A DNA stretch of 64,000 bases from Octopus bimaculoides (GCF_001194135.2 NC_068981.1:71771982-71835981), one strand, 5' to 3'; counted from the first letter of the stretch, positions 49,377 to 64,000 are shown. The notes: generated from the sequence alone by a model not told the origin. Translations and numbers: made by a program.

Positions 49377-49750
49377 TATAAATATCTCTTTGAAAATCAA
49401 AGAAAAAGAGGATGTCTATGGACAACTGCTTCGAAACCTCCAGCTTCTATATCCAGACTATGAATTCATATTCATATCAATAACAATTGGAGCACTTGGT
49501 TTTGTTAGTAAATGCTTAAAGGAGAATCTGGATAAACTGGGATTTTCAGAAAAAGAAATCAACTGGCTAATTCGTACATTACAAGTGCAATCTGTGAGTG
49601 GAACAGTAAAAATATGCAAGACTTTTCTCAAGTTCCAAATGTGAATTTGTCTGTGTTAACTACATCCCAAAGATGGAGTCTTGTATCTTTGTTGGAAACC
49701 AGCTCCCTTCTTAGTGGAAAATTTATAATAATTAAATGATAGAAGAGACA
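49377..49750 (+). mobile_element. RLE-type (R4/Dong-like) retroposon 3' end followed by (CATA)n
   Basis: INISLKIKEKEDVYGQLLRNLQLLYPDYEFIFISITIGALGFV...SVSGTVKICKTFLKFQM*; the 5' part is hidden in an N gap. Confidence 0.7.
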
Positions 49751-50273
49751 TACATACATGCATACATACATGCATGCATACATACATGCATGCATACATA
49801 CATGCATGCATACATAACATGCATATATAAAAAGTAAACACAGATGGCATTTTAAGTTTATGACAGCTGTTTTGGTAGAATTTTATTTATTTAATGCAGT
49901 CATAAAAGACTACATGATAATATATAATCCGCTCTCATCAGGTAAAGGTTTACCTGATGGTGGCAGATTATCGTGTAGTCTTTTACGAATGCATTACATA
50001 AATAAAATTCTACCAAAACAGCTGTCATACATTTTAAATGCCATTTGTATATACTTTTTATATCTATGCCACACCAAAGCCCACCCCTGAGTTAGCTCTA
50101 TGGGTTAAATTGGATTTGATACTTGCATATCTATGGGGTCTCCTGTCAACAATTGATGTATTCAATGTTTATTTCAATATGAACTCAATGTTATTGTACA
50201 TAGTAATTTTTGGCATTCTACAAGTTAATGTGCTTTGATTCTTATGAAGCCATATAATATATATATGTGTGTG

Positions 50274-50306
<33 letters not shown>

Positions 50307-53300
50307 CTATGTGTGTGCGTGCGTGTGTGTGCGTGCGTGTGTGTTTTAGCAAATAAATCAGGCAGTCAATCTGTCTGTAATTCTGTTTTATCCCTATTTT
50401 ATGTTCCAACTGTCCAAATCTGACCTCTTACACCTACTCTACAATGTTATTCTAAAAATAAACTATCATATCATTGAAATCTTGAAGCTACAGGTTATAC
50501 AGGCATAATTCAAAACAATGTGAATAAATAAGTTCTACATTTGACAGAGTAATCTGAATGCCTAAAGGGTTTAAATAAGGTTATTCTATTTTCAAAGAGA
50601 GTTAAAAGTAAATCATAATATGAAATATTTCTTTAGTTCGACTTTCTGACATATTGTGTGTCAGATGATATAGCCTGAGGCCTATTCTGCTTATTTTTCA
50701 TTGTTATTTTTGAAGTTTGGTTTCAACTCTTTTGGTTATATTAGTTATTGATTTCTTACATGGGCACAAGGCTAGGGATCTGGGTGGAAGGAACAGTGAA
50801 TTAGATTGCCTCCAGGACATGAATGATACTTTATGTTATCAACTTCAGAAGGATGAAAGGTAAAGTTGAGCTTGGTGGGGTTTGAACCCAAAACGTAAAG
50901 GACCATAACTAAACGCTAGAAGACATTTTGTCTGATAATTGTTAAAGTAGCTTTCCTGCTTTGTTTCATCCTGTTTTCAGAATGTCTATAGAATCAAAAG
51001 ATGAATGAGTTCCCATCTTAAGCTTAATAAATAAAAACAAAAACAAAGCAAAAAATATCATAACAGATATCATATTTTCTATATCAATGGTAAACAAATT
51101 TAATCTAGTAAATATCTTGCAGTTAGTTTAAATTGAAAAACATCTGGCTATCCATTTCGACTCTATTTGAATTTCAATGAATAACAAAGCTAATATTTGA
51201 TGCAGTTACTCTATTTAACGGAAGGATAAGAGGCACTCATAGATTCTTGAAATCAGATGACAACAAGATCTAGTCTGGTATCAGTGTTCTAAGTTTATTT
51301 ATTTCATATAGATATTTCATTTGTGGCCATACTTATTATTTAGTTGTGTGAAGAAGAACTTTTAAGGAATTGGCCTTTGATTGATTCCAGAATGGTTATG
51401 TAGATATTTTTTTTTTACATAGTAAGTCAAATATCAATAAAGTAAGTATTTGGAGTGTTGTACTTAATTTCAAATTTGACATGTTTAATAATGAAAATAC
51501 TCATATTTTGACCTGGCTTGATAGTGGTTTCAAATTTTGGCACTAGGCCAGCCATTTTGGGGGACAGGTTAAGTTGATTACATTGACTCCAGTATTTAAA
51601 TGATACTTATTTTATCAACTTCAAAAGATTGAAAGGTAAAGTTAACCTCTGCATTAGGAAGGGCACCAAACTGTAGAAACCATGCCAGAACAGACAATTG
51701 GAGTCCAGACAGCTCCCAGCTGGCCAGCTCCATGTCAAACCGTCCAACTCATACTAGCATGGAAAGAAGACGTTAAATGATGATGATGATGATGATGTCT
51801 ACGATGAATGTAAAGACAGAAGAAATGCTGCTAAGCATCTTGCCCAGTGTTTTAACAACTCTGCCAGCTCACCATCTTTTAATATCTCTGCTTGATACTG
51901 ACTTGAGGATATCACCTATTAGACATTTAGTCATGTATAAACATTTTAGTAGTTTTGAATATTTCGATATTTTTAACCTCTTTCATACTGATTTCTTTTG
52001 ATTAAGCATGATGACAAATGTATGTGTGTTTATGTGTGTGTGACTGTTTGTTTCTCTCATGTCTTCATGACACTCTTTAAGCAATGGTGTGATTGTTTAT
52101 GTCTACTGTAAAGGAATATATCTTCTTGGTATCGTGGGAAGATGAATGGAATAAAAATACCCTACTTGAAAAAAAAAAAAGTAGTGGTTGATAACATGAT
52201 GGGCATCTGGTTGTAGATTTCCACCTCAAGAGAGATCTCATTCAACTCATACCCAATGAAAAAAAGCTGACAAAAAAGTTATGAAAAAGATGATTATGAT
52301 GATGTATTCTGTTCTATTTTTCAAATATAATTTAACATTTTATTTTACAGCATTTTTTATTCTAAAGAAAGAAGCAAATATTTGTCAAAAAGATAAGTTA
52401 TTACAATCTTCACCATTATTTTTACAAGTACTGAGATGTATATTATCATACAGATGCCTAAAGACTTCTTACTTGAAACTCAAATAATACAAGATAATAC
52501 TTATATTTAGATATTTCTAAATATAAAAAGGCAAGAAAACTAAATTTAATAGGAGTGACCAGATACTTCACCAAAAATACATTCTGTGATATTTTTGTAA
52601 AAAGATTAATGAACAGGGTATACTGTATTTCTATGTTGCTATCATGCTTATATTTTTAGAAAATATATAAAGATTTCATGCTAGGAAGTGCCTCCTAAAA
52701 ACAAATACTATTGTATAATTTAAGTAGATTATCAGGTTTTATTCATCTTCATTAACTCCATTTAGTACAATTGCTCCTTAGATTAATATAGTTTATAATT
52801 GAATGGAAAAAGGCTGTTTTCCAATTTAATTAAAATAATTATATCCTGCTTTAAACAACTCTGTTATTTAATATCACTCTTTTAAATTGTTTCCATTTTC
52901 ATCACCCTATGCCATCAATTTACTGAAAAGCAAATAATTTTTTATAAGAAGAATTTTCTGTTTCTTTCTTCTCTTACAAATTCCCTTTCATTTGTCTATT
53001 TTTTATGAACTTATATTTTTCTTCTTGAAAATATGTTTCAATAATGTAAATATGTCATTAAAAATGTTCCTTTGAAAGCTTTCCCTGCAACACATAACTT
53101 GCTTTTCATAACGAAAAAAACAAAAAAAAAATCTGAATATGTCCATGTTTTCTTTGTCAAAAACAAGAGTAATAATTTAAACTTCCTTCACCCATGTTGC
53201 AATATTAAGTCTATTAAAATTTGATATTCTAATACTAAGAAAATGTTTTATTACCATATTTTTGTTGAAATACACTGCCTTTGTTTCAATGAATTTTGAA

Positions 53301-54484
53301 AATGATGAAGAATTCAGTAAAATAGCTCAGTCATTATTATGCTGGTATTTGGAATATAACATGAAATTACTTTAATACAGGAACTTTGTATCACAGAACA
53401 AAGTGCAGTCTCAGGTGAGTTAGCATCAAATAGATGCATACTTATTCCACCATGAATCATATATGCACTATATGAGTCTCCAGTATTTGACTTCATATTG
53501 TAAATTGATTCAGTTACATTGTAACATTATATTGTAACATCATTTTGTACACGAAGGTGGTGAGCTAGCAGAATCATTAGTACACTGGGCAAAATGCTTT
53601 CTAGCGTTTCATCTGTCTTTATGTTCTGAGTTCAAATACCACCAAGGTCAACTTTGCTTTTCATCCTTTCAGAGCCAATAAAATAAATACCAGTTAAATA
53701 CTGGGGTTTATGCAATCAGCTTACCTCCACCACTGAAACTGCTGGCCTTGTGCCAAAATTTGAAACCAATATTATTTTGTACATGGATGTAGTTTACTTA
53801 AGCTTGGAATACATACAATGAAGCTTTAAATTCTTGAATTTATTGCTGAAAATGACACTTCCTTCATTCCTTTGTCATAAGCTGAAGAATTACTCATCTA
53901 TAATTAACTACCAACCAGATCCAGATAAATACCTTTTCTATGTCAACAAATTTATAGATATGCAATTTTGCAAAACTGCCCTCTTGCAATTATATCACCA
54001 GAAATATGATATCTGTAGTCCAATTCCAGATACAAGGCTTTACTAAATCCTGTACATTTCAATCAACTATGACTTCTTTTTACTATAACCTATATTACCC
54101 TCATAGACTTAGCTCCGCAAAGAAGGATAGATCTTTAATAGGTAGAAAACATAAGTTTGTTTCCCTGGCGTGACACCTGTAAGAAGAGCTTCATCTGAGC
54201 ACAGTCAGTATGATTACTTTGAAAACACATAATTAATTTCTCTAGCTGACCCTTTTTATACAGCTGCAGTTGTGCTGCCACCAGCACCACCACTACCACT
54301 ACCATCACCACCACTACCATCACTACCACTACCATCACCACCACCACCACCACTGCCGCTGCCAACACCACCACCACCACCNNNNNNNNNNTGCAGTTGT
54401 GCTGCCACCAGCACCACCACTACCACTACCATCACCACCACTGCCACCACCATCACCGCCGCTGCTGCCGCCACCGCCGCCACC

Positions 54485-54810
54485 TGGAGGACTGGTGAAC
54501 CAGATGGCTACACCAGGCTCCAATCTGATTTGCCAGAGTTTCTACAGCTGGATGCCCTTCCTAACGCCAACCACTCCGAGAGTGTAGTGGGTGCTTTTAC
54601 GTGCCACTGGCACGAAGGCCAGTCAGGCGGTACTGGCAATGGCCACACTCAAAATAGTGTATTTTACGTGCCACCTGCACAGGAGCCAGTCCAATGGCAC
54701 TGGCAATAATCTCGCTCGAATGTTTTTACACATGCCACTGGCACAAGTGCCAGAAAGGCGATGCTGAGCACAGGTGCCATCACGATTTCGCTTGCCCCAA
54801 CAGGTCTTAG
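54485..54810 (-). mobile_element. young RTE 3'-tail element with internal tandem units
   Basis: near-identical to 25375-25800. Confidence 0.85.
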
Positions 54811-54935
54811 CAATAAGAAAATGGAGAGGAATATGTGGTATTCATCAACTTGCAGACATTGTATTATGTCAATTTACCTGTTTATTTTTTAACTAAGAGG
54901 ACAATAAAAACAATATACAAACACATGTGACATAT

Positions 54936-54979
<44 letters not shown>

Positions 54980-57289
54980 ATCATCATCATCATCATCATT
55001 TAATGGCTGTTGTTCATGCTGGGTTGAACAGTTTGACCAGAGCTGGGGAGCTGCACCAGATTCCAATTTGATTTGGCATGGTTTCTATGGCTGGATGACC
55101 TTCCTAACACCAACCACTTTATAGAGTGTGCCAGGTGCTTTTACATGGTGCTGCACAAATGTTTTTACATGGCTCTGCATAAGTGCTTTTACATGGCACT
55201 GCATAGGTACTTCTTTTGATAAATGATTTGAAGTTAAGAATAACATCAGATAGAGACTAATAAAAATAACATTAGATAGAGACTAAAAAGAATATGATTT
55301 GAGAAAACAAAAGAAATCGTTTTTTCTATCATATAATTGTTGATACCTGACTACCTCTACTAACGAGTTACAATAATCTTTTATTGACAAAATTAGATAA
55401 ACATGAAGTCTATAAACTTAAAATGTACTGTTTATAAATAACTATATCTATGTTTATCTCTGTTTTCTCAAGTTAAAGAAAACAAGTATTAAGAACAGTA
55501 AGAACTGAAGCTAACAGATGGTTAGGTAGGCTCTTGAAAGCTGTACATCAACAAATATGTAGGGAGAAATTAATTTCTCTATAAAACATTTTATGAAGTA
55601 AACTTAAATATTGACATACACTTGGGATATCATGAAATGCAAAAGAAAAGACAAAATTTTCTCAACATACAGAAGTATTTACTTGATCTCAGTGGATTAT
55701 AAAATAAAAGGAAGTCAGAACACTGGAAAAGTTATAAATATACAAACAATGAGCCAAAAGATTTAAAAAAAATGTAATGTATGTTTACAACATTATTTTT
55801 TGAATCATAAGCATAAAATTTAACTCTTTCTTCATATTCACACAAAAAATAACAAGTATGTAAATAACATATTGAACAAAAAACTGGACTGACACTCTAA
55901 ATATTTATGCAACTTGAAACAGAGATATATGCAAAAAGTAATTTATATATTAATACCAGTATCTTTTATATGGTTCCTAAATATTCTAGTGCATCAAAAT
56001 TAAAAGTTTGTTGGCATCAAAAAAAAAGTTTATTCCATAATAATTTAAATTCAAGACCAGTCCATATTGCAGGGATTAAAAGAATCATCTAAATTAAAGA
56101 ACAGAATGTCTATAAAAGATGCAATTTATATCTGCCTTCGATTAATTTTTAGAAATTTGTGTAATACTCTAACAAGAAGTCAAATAAAATGAAGATATTG
56201 AAAGAGATATATCTACATTAAAAAGGAAATGTAGAACTACTGGACTAGAAAGTGTGTGAAGTTAATGTGATTAATCTTTAAGTCTAATTAATAAAAAATA
56301 TATGTTGACAAAAGAAGTTCAAAGAAGGAATTTGATGACTGTCTAAACTTATGTAAAGTTTTGAGGACTGTTCAATGGTTTAGAAATAAGAATGAATTTA
56401 AGAAGTGTGGGGAAAAAGAAGTGTGAGCTGTGGGATAAAATGGGAAAGTTCAGAAAAGGAGTAGATGTTATAGAATGTGTAGAAACAGAAGGAGCTTGAT
56501 GCTCTAATAATTGAAAGATTTTTGTGATAGTAGGTTTGTGATATATTTTTGTAACCAGAGTTGAGTGTGTAGCTTTCCTAAGTTGGTGGTTGCATTACCT
56601 AGTACACATCTATCTCTTTATCAAGTAGTACTGTTTTGGTAATGTTGGCTCATATAAGTGTGTAAAAACTGTTCAAGAATTATAGCATCTGGCAAATGCT
56701 ACCAGATAATTTATGTATATTTTGGGTCAGAATAACAGTCTTGTGCAGGCTTAAGCACATACCTAATTCAGAGCAACCAGAGGTAAAAAAATTGCTTAAT
56801 TCTTAAAGTGTCCTTCTGTATTGTACTATTAATACTTTAGCATCAGCAGAATGAAACAGTTCATAAAGAACACTTGAGTCTTTTTTTTTTTTAGTGTATG
56901 AAGAAAAGAGCCTAAATATTGCTGCAAGTTTGAAGCACCATTATCTGATGGGTTTCACAAAGCAAGGATCTGCAAAGCTAAAAATAATTTGCCAAAAAAA
57001 GGAAGGGCTAAGAAATAGCCTAGTTTAATAACAGCTACTGCAAAGGCTTCTGACTTAAAATGTGCTGTGAGTTACATGTTAGCAAATATATTTCAGAAAA
57101 TACTTACAAAATTATCAATCCTACATGAGTATATTGAATATATTTGTAAAACTGTTTGCGTTAGAGAAATTTCTAGATTAATGCATTTAATAAATAACAA
57201 TTTTCATTACTCATTGTACTTCTTTTGTAGTCTATGTTTAACTCAATCTCTTTTCCATTTATTTATTTAGATTGATTTATTAATTTTTA

Positions 57290-57600
57290 TGTGCTGCGTT
57301 TGAAGGAAGGAGCAGTGTCTTTGTCCTTTGCAGGCCATCCTAAACCATTAAAATTCAAGCCATTAATTCCACTTGAATCATTGTAAAGTCAACACTTGTC
57401 AGAAAGACATGAGGAGAGAGACAATTCCAGAGGGTTCAAGTTCTGGGGAGAAAGAACTGGCCATAGTGATAAGTGCAGGACATGGAGTGTTGAAAGCAAC
57501 AAGGATAATGAGAGGAAGAGACATTAGTGACCTGGGAATGCATGAGTGGAGGTTGCCTGAGCCCAGTTAGCTGAGAGGAGAAGAGGTAATTTAATAGTAT
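57290..57600 (-). mobile_element. CR1/Jockey-like LINE 3' relic
   Basis: minus strand SSFSPELEPSG../ctctggaattgtctctctcctcatgtcttt resembles the SFFPRT..LWNxLP..VFP end of CR1/Jockey ORF2. Confidence 0.5.
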
Positions 57601-60143
57601 GGATTTAAGAGTATGCCTTTACATGAATTTATTATTATTTTCATTTCTGGATATATGAATTTGAAATGCTTTTGTACCTTAATATGATATGAAAGAAAAT
57701 ATATAAAGGAGATTTCTTGTGTAAAAAACGCATAATTAAATTGCTCAGTGAGCTGAGAAATTGGTCAGTATTAAAGGCATCAGCTAATATGTAGAAGTGT
57801 AAAGACATGCGTTGTAAAAATTATGGCACCAGTAGTGTTTTAAGGGTTAGAATCAATTGTTAAATGTAATATATTTTAAATGAATATAAAAACATAATTA
57901 AAATTGTTTTTAATGATCTTATTAGAAATAACATTGCTTGTCCTTTCAATCAATGAAGAAAAGAAAAAAAGGCAATTACAACATCAGTTTGAAAAGTTTT
58001 GTTTTATATAAAACTATTTATCAGATTACTAACATATGCTGGCGTTGCTGTCTAAGCTATTCAGTCACAAGAATTTGTTGTTACAGTTATAAATAACTCT
58101 TAGCTATATTTAATATGAATAAAATGAGCATTTATTCTGGAGCATATACCCAGTGTGTTCTACTAATATATTCCTATAGTTTCTAGCTATTTTATACTTT
58201 TATTTAAATATATGAGAGGTATTTAATAATGTTCAAGTTTAACACATTGTGAAGATCAGTACACATTACTTTTAAATAAATATCCGTGTGAACCAATAGG
58301 TAATTCAATAAAAACTTATGAAACAAACATTTTGTTGAGAAGTATTCAACATATTTTTCATAAATATACTTATTAATTAAATTAACAAGATTTTTACATT
58401 ATGTGGGGAGAAGAAATTTAATTTCAGACGGTTTAAATCAATTTAACATGTGATATAGAATTTTAATTGCAAAACCACTCCATTAAAAATGTTCAGAGAT
58501 GTACTCATTCATATGTAAACAATTATACAAATGCAGATTTGCATGTTTGCATAAAGTGAATATTTTTAAGTTTTAAAAATATATAGCTATCGAAAGCGAA
58601 TTATGGAGGCATGGCTTTGTAGTTAAAGTTTGATGCAGAGCCAAATAGTTTCAGGTTCAAAACAACCATACAACACCTTGGGCGAGTGTTTTCTACTATA
58701 GCTTGAGGTTGACTAAAGCCTTGTAAATAGATTTGGTACATGGAAACTAAAAGAGGCTCGTCATATATATATANNNNNNNNNNNNNNNNNNNNNNNNNNN
58801 NNNNNNNNNNNNNNNNNNNNNNNNNNNNNNNNNNNNNNNNNNNNNNNNNNNNNNNNNNNNNNNNNNNNNNNNNNNNNNNNNNNNNNNNNNNNNNNNNNNN
58901 NNNNNNNNNNNNNNNNNNNNNNNNNTATATGCATGTGTGTGAGTGTGTGTGTTTTCATGTATGTATGTATCTGTGTGTGTGTATGTGTGTGTGTTTGCAT
59001 GTATGTGTATATCAGTGTGTGTGTGTGTGTGTGTGTGTGTGAGTGTTGCTTTGTCTTGACATTGTGCTAATGTCTCCATCATGCAAGCATTGTTGTTTGC
59101 TTGCAATCTTCCATGAAAACATGTCTGGTAATTGCATTGATCCCATTTGAAGGACTAAGAGAAACAGATGCAGCTTGGCAATAAAAAGAACATCCAGCTG
59201 TAGAAAATCTGTCCTGATCAATTTTGTCTGACCCATGTAGGCATAGAAAGCAATGATGATGATGATCAATATCCCTTGAGTAAGAAGGTGCTTGCATTAG
59301 TGATAAAGGCTATTGAGGAATTTGTGAGGTACCCTATTTTCCCCCCAGGTAACCATTCTCTTTTTTGGGGACTATTTGTTTTTACATTTTAATTTTGCTT
59401 TCATAGTTTTTCATTTTAATACAAATATGGCTTGTTTTATTCTCTCTAAAACTTCTACAATTTTTTCAACCTACTTTTGTAATTGCCTCTATTTTATGGC
59501 CTTGTGGCAAATAAAAAAAAACTGATTATCAATATTATTGCTATTTTTTCATCTTGCCCAAATTGTGTTTCATAGCTATACTGTATTAGAAAAGTATTAA
59601 TCTAGAGGTAAGCATGATTTGTATGACAGGTCAGTAGTCCTAGGTATGAGCAGCAGTGGAGATGGTAGTAATTTTAGACTAACATCCAGTTATGTTTTGA
59701 CAGGCTCTGGAAGACTGAATTTCTTCAGACATCGAGGATTCTTAGGAACATTTGGATTAGTTATAGTGGGTGACTGAAATGGCATCTTAGATATACATAG
59801 AGATTGTGTGGAAGTAGATAGCTGAAGGCTGGCTGTAGATTGACCACAAGAACTTGGAAGAGGATCATGATTTTTGTGAGTTGGTAAGCTGGGGTTGTGT
59901 GCTGGCTATCAACAAATTACTCTGTATAATTGTCCTCCTTTCTGAGGCACCTTTCTCATTAATTTGTTGTTCTGTACTATTTGTTTATTAATTTATTGAT
60001 GTCATTACTTTGTTCATCTCATTCTTTTATTCTATGTAAGCTCTTTCTGGTTCTTGTTTGTTGTTTACTTTTGTATTGTCATCTACATCTTGTGCTCTTG
60101 ATTCCAATAAAAGAAATTATTATTATCATTATTACTATCACCA

Positions 60144-60146
<3 letters not shown>

Positions 60147-60217
<71 letters not shown>
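60147..60217. repeat. (ATT)n microsatellite (others at 60856-60940 and 63911-64000)
   Basis: directly visible. Confidence 0.95.
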
Positions 60218-60853
60218 GAGGTAGTAAGCTAGCAGAACCATTTGTGCAGTGAACTAAATGCTTAGCCATATTTCTTTTGGCTCTATATGTTCTGAATTCA
60301 AATTCTGCCATGGTTGACTATAGGGTAAATAAAAGAAGGCAAGTTCTGAGGTTGATAGAATCGACTTGTCTCCTGACCTAAAATTTCAAGCTTTGTGCTT
60401 ATAGTAAGAAAGAATTATTTGTGCTTATAGTAGAAAGAGTTATTATTACTATGAAGATGGCAAGCTGGCAGAATTATTAGTGCATTGGACAAAGTGTTTG
60501 GTGGTATTTCTTCTAGCTCTTTATGTTCTGAGCTCAAATTCCACCATGGTTGAGTTTACCTTTTAGGGTAAATAAAATGAGTACCAGTCATGTACTGGCA
60601 TTGATGTAATTGACTAGCCCCCTCCCCTAAAAAAAATTTAAGCTTTGTGCCTAAAGTACAAAGTATTATTTAATTATTAAGAAAGGTGGCAAGCTAACAG
60701 AATCCTTAGTATGCCAGACAAAATGTCACCAAGGTTGACCTTGCCTTTCATCCTTTTGGGATTGATAAAATAAGAACCACTTGAGTAATGGGGTTGATGT
60801 AATTGACTTACCTGCTCCTCTGAACTTCTTGGCCTCATGCTAACATTTTAAAC

Positions 60854-60919
<66 letters not shown>

Positions 60920-62454
60920 CATTATTATTATTATTATTATATTTCAATTTCATAGTGTAAAGTCATCATTTTTGCTTTTCTTTATGAAATACAATCTATC
61001 CTACCACAACCAAATGAAATTTCCTTTGGAGTACTTTTAAAAAGATCTATAATTGCTTAAGGAAGGCCTGTCCGCAATACCCAGAGAGAAACAACAACAA
61101 CAACAAAAAATGGTGTTTCAAATTTTTAAAATTGTATTTACGCACATTATGTTTTCACATCCCAAATGGTTACCACACATTCTTACACTAAGCACTACAA
61201 TGGCAAGAAAACAATAAAAAACACAAAATCAAGACACACAACTGAATGTGCATGAGGAAGGAGAATATGAACAGTTTAGTGAACAAATAATAGAAGAAAA
61301 TGCACTAAACACTCAAATAAGTAGTTTTAAAGATTGCGGAAATAGTAACAACAACAGCAGTAGCAATGACTGCATGTAGTTAAATGCTATGGCTTGTTCA
61401 TATAGAAGTTGTGCTAAAGTAAACCTTCTCTGAATACAAACTGAGCAAATGGAAATTTTAGACCTATCACATTTGCAAGAAAGAAAAAAATTACAAATGT
61501 AGGTGGGAAAATTTCATAAACCAGAATAGCATTTCTTTGCCGCAGGAGCTAATCCAGGAGAGAGTAAAGAGTAAAATTATATACCTCTGTTTATGGAAGG
61601 ACAGAAGTGAACTAAATCTTCCCACACATCTTGAAGAACAACTGGCTCTCTAAGTTATATTGAAAGAAGTTCTCTCAATTGAAAAAGGTTAAAATGTATG
61701 GCATTATCTACTGTGTCTTAAAAACTGAAAACTCAGTCAAAATACAAGCTAAAATTGTCAGACATATCTCTGACTATATATTTATGTCCCAGTATGTAGA
61801 TAAAAAAAGACAATAGTGAGAATAAGAGACATTAAACATGATGTACATCCATAGCTATAACCAGTTTTGTATCTCAGTAAGAGAGAGTGGTTAAAGCAGG
61901 GTTAACAAAAAATGACCTGTAGTTAGGTGATGTCAAAATAGATTTGCAATTCCTAATGTCACCTAAAGACCACAAATCCATATGAGAATTATGTTCAGTG
62001 AAGTCGGTGAGACAAAGGGCATGACATCACTAGTTACTTTATTTATTGAAGTAAAACTCAGCTCCAGAGTGGAATGCTTAGAAGAACTGGCATGATGTAA
62101 ACTACCCACCAAAACAACCCCCCCAAAAAAGAGCAGCACTAGACTAATCTGACATGTAACATGTTCTTGTGCCTAATATTAAGAATATATTAACAAACAC
62201 CATCTCATTTAACAGTGCTATTGTGAAGTATCATACCTTCATTGTGTGATAAGGAAGAAATGGTAACTACAGATAAAAGGCTACAAAGAGTTGGTAAAAC
62301 ATGAAAGAAAAATATGGAAAAAAATCAGTAAACGAAGATTCAACATAAAATGACTGAAACAAGAGAGGAGAAACAATTTCTTCCAAATAACTAAATAAAA
62401 AAAAAGAAAGCCTCCAATCCTATTCTGGAAAATATTGAAGAAAATTAAGGGAAT

Positions 62455-63908
62455 GAACTAATTTTGTACATAAGAGGATTGTATCTATTTATCTTTTCAC
62501 CTTCCTTCTTGACTATTCATGGGTCAAAGGGGCATGCAATGTCAACTATATAGCATATGTGGTGCACCTTGTCCACTACCACTAGGTCTGGTGTGTTATG
62601 CTCTAGCACCTGATCTGTTTGGATTGGGAAATCCCAGACGTTTTTGTTAGTGTCCGACTCTGCCACTCTCTGTAGTTTGTGCTCAGACCATGTCTTGCTT
62701 CTCTCTAGCCTCCACTTTTTGCACAATTTCCAATGTAGCACTTTTGCTACTTGGTCATGTTGCCACAACTTGTAATGGTTTTGGGCAAGTTTAGGGCATT
62801 TGTTCATGATATGGGCAATGGTTTCATCCACTCTATTGCAGATGCAGCACAGCGGAGACACTTGCCCATTCCTCAGGGTGACCCTCCGGTTTGTGGCCAG
62901 AGTTTGGTCCTGTGCTGCCAGTATAATGCTTTCAGTCACTTTTTTTAGGGTTCCTTTCAACAACCAATCCCACCTATTTTTTCCAGCAACTTCTGTTGTG
63001 GCTATATGGTATTGATTGTGTAGTCCCTTCTTGCGTAATTCTTCTTCAAGTCCTTTTTGTACTTCTTCCTTTCCTTTCCCTTTTTTTTCTGCTCTCAATA
63101 CTCCCTCGTTCTTAACTGCCACTAACAAGGTTTCCTTACTTTGAGCTCGGTATCTCATTAAGCTCTCGAGTTTGATACACATGCAGTCTTCCACATTTAT
63201 CAATCCCTTCCTCCATTTGCTCTCTTTATGTATAGGCAATCAGTGTCTACATGTGGATGATGGGCTCCATGCATCGTTAGGAGCTTTCTTGACTTCCTGT
63301 CCATCTCATTTAGCTTCTCCTCAGTCCACTTCAGGATTCCAGTGCCATACCGAACTACTGTGACTGTGCGTGAGTTTATTGCCAAAATTATGTTTCTGGT
63401 ATTCAGCTTTGAAGCCAATATTTTTCTCACTTGCTGTAGGTTCTCTCTTTTTGTCTTTTCCTTCATGTGATGGTGTTTGATTCCATCTGCCTCAAGTATT
63501 CCCAGGTATTTATAGCTGGATTGAGGTTGATTTATAGCTGAATTGCCTTCATCATTTCATCACTTGGCAACCATATGCCTTCTGTCCTGACAAGCTTTCC
63601 TCGTCTTATCTCCACCATAGCACATTATGAAAGTCTGAACACCATCTTAATATAATTACAGAAAGTTCACCCAGTGGACTAGGCTGTCCAGTTCTGCATC
63701 AAGTTTTGTGAATAGCTTCAGGTTATCCATGAATAGCAAGTGGTTTAGTTTCCCCTTACCTCTTCCTAGATCATACCCCAACTTTGTTTTCTGTAGTATT
63801 TCAAGGGGATCATTCCCAGCATGAATATCAGTGGGGACACACTGTCTCCCTGGAAGATTCCTCTCTTGATTTTCACCTCTCCTAGTACTTGCTTCCCTGC
63901 TGTCAATT
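62455..63908 (-). mobile_element. R4/Dong-type RLE non-LTR retroposon, truncated at both ends and frameshifted
   Basis: KRGIFQGDSVSPLIF, HLLFMDNLKLF (RT); CCICNRVDETIAHIMNKC (CCHC finger); WDFPIQTD..PDLVVVD..IVDIACPFD..EKI (RLE nuclease). Confidence 0.9.
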
Positions 63909-63909
63909 C

Positions 63910-64000
<91 letters not shown>

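Noticed and set aside
53381-53414. Plus-strand exon-like segment with a gtgagt donor
   Set aside because: Lies inside a piggyBac-type MITE copy
54265-54484. Tandem duplication of a CAC/CCA-rich block encoding apparent poly-His/Pro
   Set aside because: The two copies are split by a tiny N gap, so this is probably two haplotypes or an assembly duplication of simple repeat

Overview
AT-rich, intron-containing eukaryotic DNA with several N gaps. The SINE, RTE and microsatellite content points to a coleoid cephalopod, probably Octopus (inference, not verified by search). Two convergent protein-coding genes are supported. (1) The last 8 coding exons of a USP47 orthologue lie on the + strand (1272-12119). 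I reconstructed them by hand: all introns are GT-AG, the frame is continuous over 840 nt, and a repeat-poor putative 3' UTR follows. (2) A 5,952-nt terminal exon on the - strand (38013-32062) encodes 1,983 aa of mostly disordered Ser/Gln/Pro-rich protein with a few helical islands. I cannot name this protein and could not find its upstream exons in the window. The rest is dense in mobile-element remnants: RTE LINEs and their 3' tails, R4/Dong-type RLE retroposons next to microsatellites, Penelope-like relics with minimal hammerhead-like motifs, CR1-like relics, three tRNA-derived SINE families, piggyBac and mariner MITEs, a Chapaev/CMC-like transposase relic, and two long foldback elements. 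There are no CRISPR arrays, rRNA genes or bona fide tRNA genes. I found no clearly new multi-gene system. The best leads are the orphan giant exon, the foldbacks, the hammerhead-like motifs, the (CATA)n-associated retroposon and several candidate regulatory elements in USP47. Repeat boundaries are read by eye and approximate.
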